64,000 nt of DNA from an uncultured delta proteobacterium. Lineage in GTDB: Bacteria > Desulfobacterota > Binatia > Binatales > Binataceae. Positions 8,571-18,385 of the stretch are shown here, piece after piece (the stretch's first letter is position 1; the number at the start of each line of letters is the position of its first letter). The notes under the pieces were generated by a model, which saw nothing but the letters and a program-made list of their open reading frames with translations, searched no databases and was not told where the DNA came from. Both the position numbers and the translations under genes were made by a program. The stretch spans positions 1,248,001 to 1,312,000 of the forward strand of contig CAWJET010000001.1 of NCBI GenBank assembly GCA_963842085.1, read 5' to 3'.

Positions 8571-9659
8571 ATGGCACGAGTGGGTAGCAGGGATCGCGGC
8601 CTTTTTGAGCGGCCGACGGGTTCCGGATCTTGGTGGATTAGGTATCACGATGTGAACGGAACAGAGCGGCGGGAGAAGGCCGGCCCGAAAGGACTTGCGC
8701 GCAAGCTTTACGAGAAGCGAAAGACTGAAATCCGTGAAGGCCGCTACTTTCCACCCGAACGCCGAAAACCGGTGATGTTTGCCGATATCCTCCAAAGCTA
8801 CCAGCGCGCCGCAGAAGCGGAAGGCCGGTCTGAGGGATGGGGTCCAGAACGTTACCGCCGCTTGCGCGAGAGGTTCGGCGGCCAACCTGCAGCCTCAATT
8901 ACTCCAGCAGCGGTCGAGGCTTTCCGTGATGAATTGTCGCGCGACCACGCGCCTGCAACCGTCAACCGCCACCTCCAACTCTTGCGCGCCATTTTTCTCC
9001 GAGCGCTCCGCGACGGCAAAGTCGAATCAGCTCCAACTGGCAAGGTCAGATTCTATCGCGAGAACAACAAGCGCGTGCGCTATCTGAGCGATGAGGAGGA
9101 ACTCCGGCTCTTCGATGCGTTGCCGAATTGGTTACGTCCCCTCGTTACCATCGCGCTCCACACGGGTATGCGCAGAGGAGAGCTGCTCAATCTCAATTGG
9201 GCCGACGTTGATTTCACCAGCGGAACTATCACGGTCCGCGAACCGAAGTCAGGAGAAAACGAGCACGTCGTGATGAACGATACCGCGAGCCAGACGCTTC
9301 GAGCTCTATGGGAGAAGCGATCAAAAGTCGTCGCGATCAAGCCTCGGGGACAAGACAATTCGGGCGGTTACGTTTTCACCGCACCTGAAGGCGGTTACAT
9401 TCACACTCTCAACCGATACTGGTACCCAGCGCTAGGACGCGCCCAGATCGAATCCTTCCGCTTCCACGACCTGCGACACACCTTCGCGTCGCGCGCTGCT
9501 ATGAGCGGCGTCGATCTGTATACTCTACAAGGTCTCATGAGGCACCGAAGTCCACAGATGACGCAACGCTATGCGCACCTAAGCGTGGCGCATCAGCGAG
9601 AGGCCGTTCGGACGCTTGACCGCTGGCAGCAGCGACAAAATGCGGCGTCGCAGAGTTGA
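8571..9659 (+). CDS. Tyrosine recombinase (phage-type integrase)
   Basis: TGMRRGE, HDLRHTFAS, MRH and TQRY catalytic motifs; strong GGAGG RBS. Confidence 0.95.
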   Translation: MARVGSRDRGLFERPTGSGSWWIRYHDVNGTERREKAGPKGLARKLYEKRKTEIREGRYFPPERRKPVMFADILQSYQRAAEAEGRSEGWGPERYRRLRERFGGQPAASITPAAVEAFRDELSRDHAPATVNRHLQLLRAIFLRALRDGKVESAPTGKVRFYRENNKRVRYLSDEEELRLFDALPNWLRPLVTIALHTGMRRGELLNLNWADVDFTSGTITVREPKSGENEHVVMNDTASQTLRALWEKRSKVVAIKPRGQDNSGGYVFTAPEGGYIHTLNRYWYPALGRAQIESFRFHDLRHTFASRAAMSGVDLYTLQGLMRHRSPQMTQRYAHLSVAHQREAVRTLDRWQQRQNAASQS

Positions 9660-9663
9660 GGAT

Positions 9664-9687
9664 TGGTGCCGGTTCTGGTGCCGGTTC
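9664..9687 (+). repeat. 12-bp tandem repeat, candidate integrase arm-type sites
   Basis: TGGTGCCGGTTC x2, about 95 bp from the att core. Confidence 0.55.
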
Positions 9688-9780
9688 GCCAACGAATTTC
9701 GACGGAATCCAACGAGTTCAGACGATGAAAAGTCTTTGTATTTCTTGGATTCTTGAGTAGCAGTATCGGCGTCGGCGCGT

Positions 9781-9826
9781 TCTCATAACCCGGAGGTCGA
9801 AGGTTCAAATCCTTCCCCCGCAAATA
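9781..9826 (+). repeat. att site: 3' half of initiator tRNA-Met (46-bp direct repeat with 61314-61359)
   Basis: CTCATAACCCGGAGGTCGAAGGTTCAAATCCTTCCCCCGCAA matches the tRNA-fMet anticodon loop to acceptor; no 5' half upstream. Confidence 0.9.
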
Positions 9827-10023
9827 ATCCCTATTTTTGGGCACGATTCCGCAATCGAGCTCAGGGCTTTGAACCACACTCCTGAGCAGAGAATTTTGCA
9901 AGTCAGCGGGAAAGGCCTGTCAAAATCTTGATTTTTGGTAGCAAGCGGGCACGCTAGACTCGCCCCCTTGGGTCAAATTGGAGGGGTTCGAGGTCGACAG
10001 TCTGCCGAACAGACTTTTAGCGT

Positions 10024-11730
10024 TTAGCCGGGAATCGAGGGCTCGAGCCCCTGCCCCGCAACCATCAAACCAAACACCTTGCCTGTGAAGAGCAGACCGC
10101 CTGCGGTTGGCTTGATGGTCAAACGGGTGCACCTGTTGAAGCCAAGCCGAGGGAATTTGCGGTAGCTCTCTTCAAGTCCAAGACCGTGCTTCTCGAGATG
10201 CTGCGGGGTGAGTTTCTTCAACGCCTTCTTGCATATCGGGCACGAAATTTCCCGTTCACCGACGTCGGCGATCGTTATGCACTCCAGGGTTTGCTGCAAA
10301 AACTCCCGACCCAAATCGACGTGCGCGCACAGCGTCTCCGGCAAACGCGAGATGAAGTCCTCGACAACCGTGCGATCGTATCGAACCTCATTGACAGGCG
10401 ACCGAGGATCCGAACGAGCCCCCTTCTCCAGCGATTGAACCTGGTCCCAGATCTGTTGATATGAAAGCAGCGCCTCTTCCAGCGCACGGCCACCTAGCGC
10501 ACCGCTCTTGACGGCGTCCATTATTGCATCGGCCTGAGCCCTCATTTTCTTGAGCTGTAGATGCGTGTCACCATTAGCATTGCGTTGAACGATCTGCGTC
10601 GCCGCCTTGACCAGATCATCGACGAAGCAGGTCAGACGGGACGCGAGTTCGGACAAAATAACATGTTCAAGTGAGATGCGATGGATGCGGATCGGGTTCG
10701 AGCAAATCCCTGACTCGGCGTGGCTGCGACACCCGTAATGATTTTTGCCAACAACACTGAGGCACGCTTCGCATGTCTCACAAAACAGGAGGCCCGAAAG
10801 CAGATGCGCAGTCCGGGAACGTCCATGTGCGAACAGACGTCTTCGGGTGCGCAGGCGGTGCTGGACCGCTGCCCAGAGGTCGTCGTCAATGATACGGAGA
10901 TCCTCGGATTGCCTGACCTCCCATTGCTCAGGCGGCCGCCAGCGATAAGCGCGACGTCCGGTCGAGGGATTCTTAAGCCACTCCCTGCGATTGAAGACGA
11001 AGTGCCCAATGTACTTTTGATTTTGAAGTATCAGGAAAACCGTGTTGGGCCGCCACGATCGCCCGTTCTTCTCAGCATTCAGGCGCTTCGCTACGGCCTT
11101 TTCGCCGTTACCTTCTCGGAACTCCTGAAAGATGCGCCGAACAACCACCGCTTCAGCAGGATTTATCTTGATCCTGTAGCCGACCGGTTCCGATCTTCCG
11201 TGAGATCCTCCGGCCTCTGATGCACTCAGGCCGTGCACCGGCTCAGAAATGAATCCGTAGGTTCGGCCGCCGGTTGCGTAACCTTTTAGGAACTGACCGT
11301 CTAAACCGCGTTTCGTCGCTTTTCTGAGATCATCGAGATAGAGCTCGTTGACCAGGGATTTCACCGTCACGCTGATCTTGGTTGTATCGTCCGCTGTGTT
11401 GATGTTGTCGGCGACGGCGATGACGCTGATTCCGATGAATCGCAAGCGCTTGATAATCGCATCGGTATCACCAATGTCGCGCGAGAGCCTCGAGAGCTGA
11501 TCGACAACGATGGCATCAAACGGGCGCGGCTCAGCAGCTGCCGCGTCGAGTGCTCTTTGCAGCCCCAACAGCAACTTAAGGCTAGCGCCGGACGTGGCCT
11601 CGTCTGAGAACTCTGAAATGATCTTATGCCCGCGTTGATACGACCATCTCTGCACGATGCGCAGTTGGTCGGCGATCGACGTTTCCCGTTGATTGTCGGA
11701 ACTGAAGCGACCGTAAAACGCGAGTCTCAC
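10024..11730 (-). CDS. Large serine recombinase with an extra C-terminal C2H2 zinc finger
   Basis: YGRFSS catalytic motif, DQLSRLSRD, recombinase domain, LLSGLLFCETC zinc ribbon, CPIC-x9-HLEKH. Confidence 0.9.
   Translation of the reverse strand: MRLAFYGRFSSDNQRETSIADQLRIVQRWSYQRGHKIISEFSDEATSGASLKLLLGLQRALDAAAAEPRPFDAIVVDQLSRLSRDIGDTDAIIKRLRFIGISVIAVADNINTADDTTKISVTVKSLVNELYLDDLRKATKRGLDGQFLKGYATGGRTYGFISEPVHGLSASEAGGSHGRSEPVGYRIKINPAEAVVVRRIFQEFREGNGEKAVAKRLNAEKNGRSWRPNTVFLILQNQKYIGHFVFNRREWLKNPSTGRRAYRWRPPEQWEVRQSEDLRIIDDDLWAAVQHRLRTRRRLFAHGRSRTAHLLSGLLFCETCEACLSVVGKNHYGCRSHAESGICSNPIRIHRISLEHVILSELASRLTCFVDDLVKAATQIVQRNANGDTHLQLKKMRAQADAIMDAVKSGALGGRALEEALLSYQQIWDQVQSLEKGARSDPRSPVNEVRYDRTVVEDFISRLPETLCAHVDLGREFLQQTLECITIADVGEREISCPICKKALKKLTPQHLEKHGLGLEESYRKFPRLGFNRCTRLTIKPTAGGLLFTGKVFGLMVAGQGLEPSIPG
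10030..10064 (+). repeat. Degenerate tRNA 3' end (Met-like), antisense to the recombinase C-terminus
   Basis: GAGGG-CTCGAGC-CCCTG T-arm followed by CCCCGCAACCA. Confidence 0.55.
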
Positions 11731-12018
11731 GAAGGTTCAACCGGATCGCGAAGCAAGACGGTACAGATTCGATGTGATTTTCCGCTGTTCTCGACAATTC
11801 TGAAGCGGCTCGGATTGGTCTCGACGTACTTGCGAAAGCATCGGATCAGGGTATCTAACGTAGGGCGCAGACGATTCAAACTTTGCCGACGGTTGTACTT
11901 GTGCTTGCTTGGCATGATTTATCTTTCAAGAATTCATTGGATATCAAATATCCTAAATTGGGATATTCCAAATTCGAATGTATCATCCAGAACAAGACTT
12001 GGGAAGAGGCAGTAGGCA

Positions 12019-12240
12019 ATGGGGCGGAGTCTGCATTCCGAGAGATACAAGCACCTGCTCGCGCGCTTGCGAGAAGCTCGACGTCAAGTGGAGCTCACCC
12101 AGGTCGAGGTCGCACGCCGGCTGCGGCGTCCTCAATCGTACGTCTCAAAGTGTGAATCCGGAGAAAGACGGATTGACGTGATCGAGTTGGCCGAATTCGC
12201 GAATCTGTACGGAAAAAGCATTGAGTTTTTTGTCCGGTAA
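12019..12240 (+). CDS. Small XRE-family HTH regulator
   Basis: LTQVEVARRLRRPQSYVSKCESGERRIDVIEL. Confidence 0.85.
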   Translation: MGRSLHSERYKHLLARLREARRQVELTQVEVARRLRRPQSYVSKCESGERRIDVIELAEFANLYGKSIEFFVR

Positions 12241-12340
12241 GAGCGACGACTCGCTTTGCTCTCTGCAGCTCTTTTGGTTGTTTGACGGTCGGATACTGCG
12301 CACAAACCGCAGGCCGAATTTCCCCCATAGAAGCCATTGC

Positions 12341-12374
12341 GGTACCGGGGGTTCGAATCCGCCCCTCTCCGCCA
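12341..12374 (+). repeat. tRNA-Ser-like 3' end fragment (att remnant)
   Basis: GGTACCGGGGGTTCGAATCCGCCCCTCTCCGCCA; ~215 bp downstream of a serine recombinase. Confidence 0.6.
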
Positions 12375-12590
12375 GACAGTCTGTAGTGCTTCCCTATAAT
12401 CTGGAGTGAGCGGAAAATCCCCGCGTGAGGCGGCGCTTGTGCGCTTGATGCGAACCGGAGAGCGCGAGACCTGCACCCGCTTCGGCGAATTTCCCGGGTT
12501 TGTCTCCAGGCGCAGAAAAGCCGGTTCGCTTCACGCTTCGAGCGAAATTCGCTCATCCATCGCCTTTCTGAAATGGGGCCGGTCGTGGCT

Positions 12591-14276
12591 CTAGTCGATT
12601 CCGATCGCCTTCAACTGCGCCGGCCATTCGAGCGGCAGATCGATCCGGTTGAGCAAAGTTTCGGTACTGAGCTCAGTTGGCTGTCGTCCTTGGCAGATTG
12701 CCTCGACGATGCCGGGTGCTGTGAATGCCAGGCGAGAGAGACGCTCGACGTAACGCACAGCGATGCGCTCGCGTCGCGCGATCTCCGCTAACGAGCGCAC
12801 GCCGCCCGAGGCCAACTCTTCAAACCACCCCCTCGAACGCGCCACCGCCTTGAGCAGTGCGGGATCTACCTTCCGTGGCAGATCGTCACCGGCCGCGATG
12901 ATAATGCGTGTCTCCACCCCGCGTCGTTTCATTCTGAGCGGGACGAAGCGAGATAAGTTGAGGTTGCTGCTGGTCCGCAGGCCTGCACGCGAGCACTGGA
13001 CTTCGATTCGGAGTGTCACCGTTATGCCGTCATCGTGCATTTCGACTTTGCTCACGATCTCGACAAGGGCCGCTGCGGCATCGGCCTCATTCTGCAGCCT
13101 CCGCGAGAAATTCGACGCCGATTCGAGAGTGGCTCTGAGATCGGGCGAATCGATGCCTGACTTCTCAAGCTCCTCCAGCAGTCCCGCCCGATCGCTCAGG
13201 ATGTGTCGCGCGGCGATCGCTACCGCGCGCTCAAGCTCGGGCGCCGAGAGTCGCCACCGTTTTCCGTTGTCTCTCGCCGAGCCACCAACCAGGCACTTCG
13301 AGACGTAGTAGCGGTAGCGCCGCGTGCCCTTGGTCGCTCCCTGTACGTACAACGGCTGACCATCGGCGTCGAAGAGCTTTCCGGCAAGGGGACTACTAAT
13401 CGATCTGTTTGATGTACCGCGACCGCGTGCGGCGTTCTCATTGAGCCGCTGCTGCACTCTCTCCCAGAGTTCCTTCGACAGAATCGCTTCGTGCAGCCCC
13501 GGATGGCGTTCCTGCTTGTGCCGGATTTCACCTATGTAAATCGAGTTAGCCAGCAGCTCGTACAATGCTCCACGAGAGAACCGGCACCCTCCCGACTTGA
13601 TGCCGTTGCGAGAGACGCGGACTTTCGACTTTATCCCTCTCTGCTCCAGTTCCTTGCTCAGCTGCCGGACGCACCCCAGTTCTAGGTAGCGCTCATAGAT
13701 GTGCCTGACAGTTTTGGCTTCCGCAGGATTGACGACCAGCCGCCGCTCGCGAATGTCATATCCCAGCGGCGGCACGCCTCCCATCCACATGCCTTTGCGC
13801 TTGGAGGCGGCTATTTTGTCCCGGATGCGCTCGCCCGTTACCTCCCGTTCGAATTGGGCGAAGGAAAGCAGGACATTGAGCGTCAGCCGGCCCATCGAGG
13901 TGGTGGTGTTAAACTGTTGCGTGACGGCGACGAACGACACTCCGTGCGCATCGAACAGTTCGACCATCTTGGCGAAGTCGGCCAGCGAGCGGGTCAGGCG
14001 ATCCACCTTGTAGACCACGACCACATCAACGAGGCCTTCACCGATATCAGCGAGCAGGCGCCTTAGCGCGGGCCGCTCCATGGTGCCGCCCGATAGTCCG
14101 CCATCGTCGTATGCGGTCTTTACAAGTTTCCAGCCCTCGCTTGCCTGGCTCTTGATGAACGCCTCGCACGCTTCGCGCTGGGCGTGCAGAGAGTTGAAGT
14201 TCTGCTCGAGCCCTTCCTCAGAGCTCTTGCGCGTATAGATCGCGCAGCGGCGGGACCGAGGTTTAGATTGCTCCAT
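12591..14276 (-). CDS. Large serine recombinase (DUF2924-associated type)
   Basis: CAIYTRKSSEEGLEQNFNSL, YKVDRLTRS, FAQFERE, GMWMGG. Confidence 0.93.
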   Translation of the reverse strand: MEQSKPRSRRCAIYTRKSSEEGLEQNFNSLHAQREACEAFIKSQASEGWKLVKTAYDDGGLSGGTMERPALRRLLADIGEGLVDVVVVYKVDRLTRSLADFAKMVELFDAHGVSFVAVTQQFNTTTSMGRLTLNVLLSFAQFEREVTGERIRDKIAASKRKGMWMGGVPPLGYDIRERRLVVNPAEAKTVRHIYERYLELGCVRQLSKELEQRGIKSKVRVSRNGIKSGGCRFSRGALYELLANSIYIGEIRHKQERHPGLHEAILSKELWERVQQRLNENAARGRGTSNRSISSPLAGKLFDADGQPLYVQGATKGTRRYRYYVSKCLVGGSARDNGKRWRLSAPELERAVAIAARHILSDRAGLLEELEKSGIDSPDLRATLESASNFSRRLQNEADAAAALVEIVSKVEMHDDGITVTLRIEVQCSRAGLRTSSNLNLSRFVPLRMKRRGVETRIIIAAGDDLPRKVDPALLKAVARSRGWFEELASGGVRSLAEIARRERIAVRYVERLSRLAFTAPGIVEAICQGRQPTELSTETLLNRIDLPLEWPAQLKAIGID

Positions 14277-14742
14277 TGGTCTGCTCCTGGCGATTCGCCT
14301 TCAGTCCGAAGAAGCGCGGCCCCGACCACTTGGTGCCGGTGATTCGGTAAGCGACCTCTGACAGCGACTTGTACGGCTTGCCCCGGAAGACGATGCCGTC
14401 CTCGCGGACGATCACCTGATGCTGGGTGCCGTGCCACTCGCGTAGCAGAACTGTTCCCGGTTTGAGAGTCGGTTGAGGTGCCACGCGCATCGGCCGGTGT
14501 GCCGACGCAGCGGCGGCGACCTTTGCCAGCAATCGGCGCGTCGAGGGCTTGAGCCCACCGAGCGCCTTTTCCTGGATCCGATAGGCAAGGGCGCGCACCA
14601 GCAGATCGCGGCTGATGCGCCCCGGCGGTTCGGTGCAGTAGAGCGCCCACCAGCGTTCCTTGAGATCGGCCGGAGTAGCCTGTCGTAGCGCCGCGATTTC
14701 GTGCGCCAGTGCCGAAGTAGTTGAAGATAATTTGTGTTTCAT
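14263..14742 (-). CDS. DUF2924 domain protein
   Basis: LAYRIQEKALGGL, PGTVLLREWHG, ITGTKWSGPRFFGL. Confidence 0.9.
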   Translation of the reverse strand: MKHKLSSTTSALAHEIAALRQATPADLKERWWALYCTEPPGRISRDLLVRALAYRIQEKALGGLKPSTRRLLAKVAAAASAHRPMRVAPQPTLKPGTVLLREWHGTQHQVIVREDGIVFRGKPYKSLSEVAYRITGTKWSGPRFFGLKANRQEQTNGAI

Positions 14743-14951
14743 GTGCTGCCCGCCCTCCAGCGCGGGCAGTCACACACATCGCTCTGGTTCGCCTCCGAAG
14801 CCAGTCAACGTGTTCACGCTCCGTTCGCCTTCTCATCGCCTTCGCTCGCGCTGGCAGGTCGCAGGAAAATGAGCGCTCACCGCTCGCTTCGTGGGCGCAA
14901 CAGAGCAAACATCCACGGTCAGCCAATATATGGCTGAAGGAGACCAAGAAA

Positions 14952-15191
14952 ATGGAACGCGCGAAATTGGCAAGTGGTAAGAAGATTGAACCGACCGACA
15001 CCAAGCATCGGCGACTGCCAGGGAACAAGGCCGAGCGCAAGCCGAAGGCAGAGAAGCTCGTATGCCGCTACTGCGGCTCTGACGACCTGGCGCCGAGCTT
15101 CATCAAGCGACGCGATCGGCGGTGCCGAAAGTGTTTCAGCAAGCGGTACGGTTCGGCGGCGCGGGAGAAAAAGGCAAAGAGCAAAAAGTAG
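14952..15191 (+). CDS. Small basic zinc-ribbon protein
   Basis: AAGGAG RBS; CRYC...CRKC; lysine-rich; followed by a terminator. Confidence 0.6.
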   Translation: MERAKLASGKKIEPTDTKHRRLPGNKAERKPKAEKLVCRYCGSDDLAPSFIKRRDRRCRKCFSKRYGSAAREKKAKSKK

Positions 15192-15208
15192 CGCCACGAG
15201 GCACGACA

Positions 15209-15243
15209 GGGGATCGGGCGCCCACACGCTCGGTCCCTTCTTC
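15209..15243 (+). terminator. Intrinsic terminator-like hairpin
   Basis: GGGATCGGGCG/CGCTCGGTCCC stem followed by TTCTTC. Confidence 0.5.
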
Positions 15244-15477
15244 GCTCCGCGTAACCCTCTCGGCCGGGGCCGGTTCCAGTCTGCTACAGGAAGTCGCCTG
15301 AGAGTTCGAAACAACTGCGCTCCACCATCCAGTCTCTGGGGTCGCGGACATCTCGGAGAATCAATCGAAATCCGCGCGTGTGCGCGCGATTCGCGATCAC
15401 CCGGGGACCCGGAGAGCATCTCTTTCGGCGGGATTCGCCCGAATTGGCCAATTCCTCTCTCGGCGCGATTTGTCTAG

Positions 15478-16752
15478 CAGGCTGCGGAAAAAGTTCGATT
15501 AGTTAGGAATTTGTCCACTCGGGTTAGTTGTAAGTGTTGCTGAGCGAACATCTAAAGGGCTGCGGAGTAGAGGACCGACAGGTTCAGGTGTTTGCTTCAG
15601 GTGGCGATTGGCAAGAGGTTGCGCATCCTCACCAAGTTGTAGGCGGCGGCCGCGAAGGTAAACACCCAACCGACCCGGGCGGCACCCCGATGCCGGGTTT
15701 TGCGCAAGCCGCCGATGGTCTTGATCCAACCGAAGATCTCTTCCACCCGTTTGCGCTTGATCTGACTGATGGCGTAACCGGGATGGCGAGTGGTGCGGCG
15801 GTCGATGGCGCTGTGCATTTTGCGCGCGATGTGCGGAGTGACCTGATACGCGCGCAACTCGCGCACCAATTCCTTGCGGTCGTAACCCTTATCGGCGCCC
15901 AGTGTGACTCGATGCTGGCCCACGATCTGTGCCGCCATCGCGAGGGCCGCCTCGGGTTCGGCGCTGCCGCTGGCCTGAGTCAGCCGGGTGTTGACCACCA
16001 AGCCGTGGCGATTGTCCATCTGCACGTGGCCGGCGTAACAGAGCTTGGCCTCTTTGCCCGACCCTTTGCGGGCCAGCCGTGCCTGGGGATCGGTGGTCGA
16101 TTGGTGCGTGGCGTTGGTGCGGCGCTCACCATGGAAGTCCACGCTCGGGTTACCGGATCATCGGGCGGGATTTGCTCGTCCTCTCCTTCGCGCTTGAAAC
16201 TCTTGTGTCCGGCCCAGGCTTCGATCAGCGTGCCGTCCACCGTGAAATGCTCGTTGGAGAGCAGGTCTTGGGCACGCGCCTGCTCGAGCACCGCGTTGAA
16301 AAAGCCCTGCGCTACCTCGCCCACCAGCAAACGCTCGCGGTTCTTGGTGAAAACGGTCACGTCCCATACCGGGTCGTCGATGTTGAGCCCCACAAACCAA
16401 CGAAACAGGAAGTTGTAATCGAGCTGCTCCATCAAAAGTCGCTCGCTGCGCACCGTGTAGAGCACCTGCAAGAGCAGCGCGCGCAGCAGCTTTTCCGGCG
16501 CGATCGACGGCCGCCCGCTGTTCGTGTACACCGCGTCGAAGCGCCACGACGACTCCTTAAGCGCGGCGTCCACCATTACCCGGATCGCTCGCAACGGATG
16601 ATCCTTGGGTACTCGCCGCTCCGCCGATATGTAACTGAACATTCCGCTCTGCTGATGGTCCACCCCACGCATCACCGTCACCTCCTCTTACAACCTCTTC
16701 CTACTCCACTATATCCGATCGAGCGGAAAACTCCTCGTTTTTCCGCAGCCTG
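15478..16752 (-). mobile_element. IS5-family insertion sequence (1275 bp)
   Basis: TIR CAGGCTGCGGAAAAA / TTTTTCCGCAGCCTG; CTAG target duplication on both sides. Confidence 0.92.
15597..16681 (-). pseudogene. IS5-family transposase, frameshifted near 16150
   Basis: Two overlapping ORFs: GRPSIAPEKLL...HFTVDGTLIEAWA and TTDPQARL...GADKGYD...VEEIFGW. Confidence 0.85.
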
Positions 16753-16994
16753 CTAGTATCCTGTCCCGCAAATAACTTTATGTCGTCGGCGCCATTTGTC
16801 CGCGAAAGTGCGTCAGAAAATCATCGGTACAAGTAAACTTATTAATGGGACATGACACTAGGTCCGGGGATCGTCGCTTTAGATTCGCCTTTGGGGTTTC
16901 CGCCGACGAGATGGCGCATGGTCGCCGCGAGAGGCGTAGTCGCCCACGGATCGCTTCCAGCGATCACGGACATTGGCACTAACCTGCGGCCTAT

Positions 16995-17234
16995 ATGGCC
17001 GGCCTCGAGCGCGTACTGCGTGCGCTGGGGAATCGCGGCTACGGCGACGCGCACCTGGAGGCGGGAATTCTCGGCGGCCGGGCCTGTCTTGCGGCGTATT
17101 CGCTCGGCCGCGGTGGGACGGGACTCACGTTCTATGACGACGACACGACTAAATTCTTTGAAGCTCACGCTGCCGGCAAGAGCCCGCTGCTGATGGTGGC
17201 GGTGGGTGTCCCACGCTCGCGCACATTGTCATAA
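16995..17234 (+). pseudogene. C-terminal fragment of a SagB/nitroreductase-family protein
   Basis: GNRGY..AHLEAGILGGR..LAAYSLG.G.TGLTFYDD; N-terminus absent. Confidence 0.65.
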
Positions 17235-17270
17235 GGCTCTCGTGCAGAATTAGATCGACCGCCTTTTCGG

Positions 17271-18383
17271 ATGGCGTGGCTTTTGCTTCCCTCACTCGGA
17301 AGTATGAGGGTTCCCGGTTTTAATCAGTTCGATCTCGACATCGCGCGCGCCCGTATCGTGCTCTCGATACTGGCGATGATTTCCTTGTATGTCGACCCGA
17401 GCGCCGCCGGCGGGTTATTTCATCTGACGCCGGTCGTCCTCGGTATATTGCTTTGTCACTTCGCCTACAGTTCCGGGGTCTATGCCGCGAGCCGAAAGGG
17501 GATGGGGGCGCGCTCGCTCCCGTTTATCACGATCGTACTGGATATCTTCTTTGCGAGCGCGATTGCGTTTCTGACCGAAGGACAGACCGGGCCGTCGTAC
17601 GTTTTTTTGGTGTTCGCGATTATCGCAGTGGGGATGCGCGCCGGGCTGGCGGTCACAATGCGCGTAACGCTGGGCGCTGTCGCGCTTTACCTCATCGTGG
17701 TTGCGATCTCCACGGGTCTCAGCGGCATCTACGTGATGCGCGCTGTTTACCTTGCGATCGCAGGTTATCTGATTGGATTCTTCGGCCAGCAGCGCGCGCA
17801 TTACGAGGAACGGCTGCGCGAGCTGGAGGCGCAGGCCGCGCGCCATTCGATCGCGCGCTCGCTCCACGACAGTTACGTGCAATCGCTGGCGGGCGTGGAC
17901 TTGCGGCTGCAGACCTGCCGCGAATTGATCCGGCGCGGGCGATCCGATGACGCGGCTAACGAGCTGCTCGGCCTTCAGACAGGCGTCGAACGCGAATACG
18001 CTGAAGTTCGTAAATATATTCGCACGTTGGCAGGAATAGAGGCGACGCCTACGCCGGCTGCGATCGAGGCAGCCGATCCGATGGTGACGTTAAAACTCGC
18101 GATTGACGCGCGCAGTCCGCTGGCTGAGCGGATCCTGAAGATCGCACTCGAGGGGTTGGCCAACGCACGAAAGCATTCGCACGCAACAGCGGTTGAAATA
18201 ACAGCAACGCAAAGTGCTGACGGGGTAGCGATCACGATCGGCGACGACGGAGTGGGATTTCCCAAGCCGGCCGATCCGCCGTGGACGATCGCTTCACATG
18301 TAGCCGAGTCCGGCGGTCGGCTTAACATCCGTGGCAACGGTTCGACCCGTCTCGAAATCGCAATTCCGAACGCCGGAAATTGA
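17271..18383 (+). CDS. Membrane sensor histidine kinase (HisKA_3 type)
   Basis: About 5-6 TM helices, IARSLHDSYVQSL, EGLANARKHS, DDGVGF. Confidence 0.88.
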   Translation: MAWLLLPSLGSMRVPGFNQFDLDIARARIVLSILAMISLYVDPSAAGGLFHLTPVVLGILLCHFAYSSGVYAASRKGMGARSLPFITIVLDIFFASAIAFLTEGQTGPSYVFLVFAIIAVGMRAGLAVTMRVTLGAVALYLIVVAISTGLSGIYVMRAVYLAIAGYLIGFFGQQRAHYEERLRELEAQAARHSIARSLHDSYVQSLAGVDLRLQTCRELIRRGRSDDAANELLGLQTGVEREYAEVRKYIRTLAGIEATPTPAAIEAADPMVTLKLAIDARSPLAERILKIALEGLANARKHSHATAVEITATQSADGVAITIGDDGVGFPKPADPPWTIASHVAESGGRLNIRGNGSTRLEIAIPNAGN

Positions 18384-18385
18384 GC

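Larger units (their letters stand above)
862..9826 (+). mobile_element. Integrative mobilizable element backbone, copy 1 (intact; true left end probably outside the window)
   Basis: Repressor/peptidase, T4CP, MOBF relaxase, xis, tyrosine integrase, then a tRNA-fMet 3' att fragment; collinear with 51615-61359. Confidence 0.85.

Noticed and set aside
9781-9826. Intact tRNA-Met gene (also at 61314, and tRNA-Val at 31812)
   Set aside because: Only the anticodon loop to acceptor 3' strand is present, with no D-arm or 5' acceptor strand upstream, so these are att fragments
16100-16180. Programmed frameshift in the IS5 transposase
   Set aside because: No slippery sequence; it looks like loss of one G in a short G run (mutation or sequencing error)
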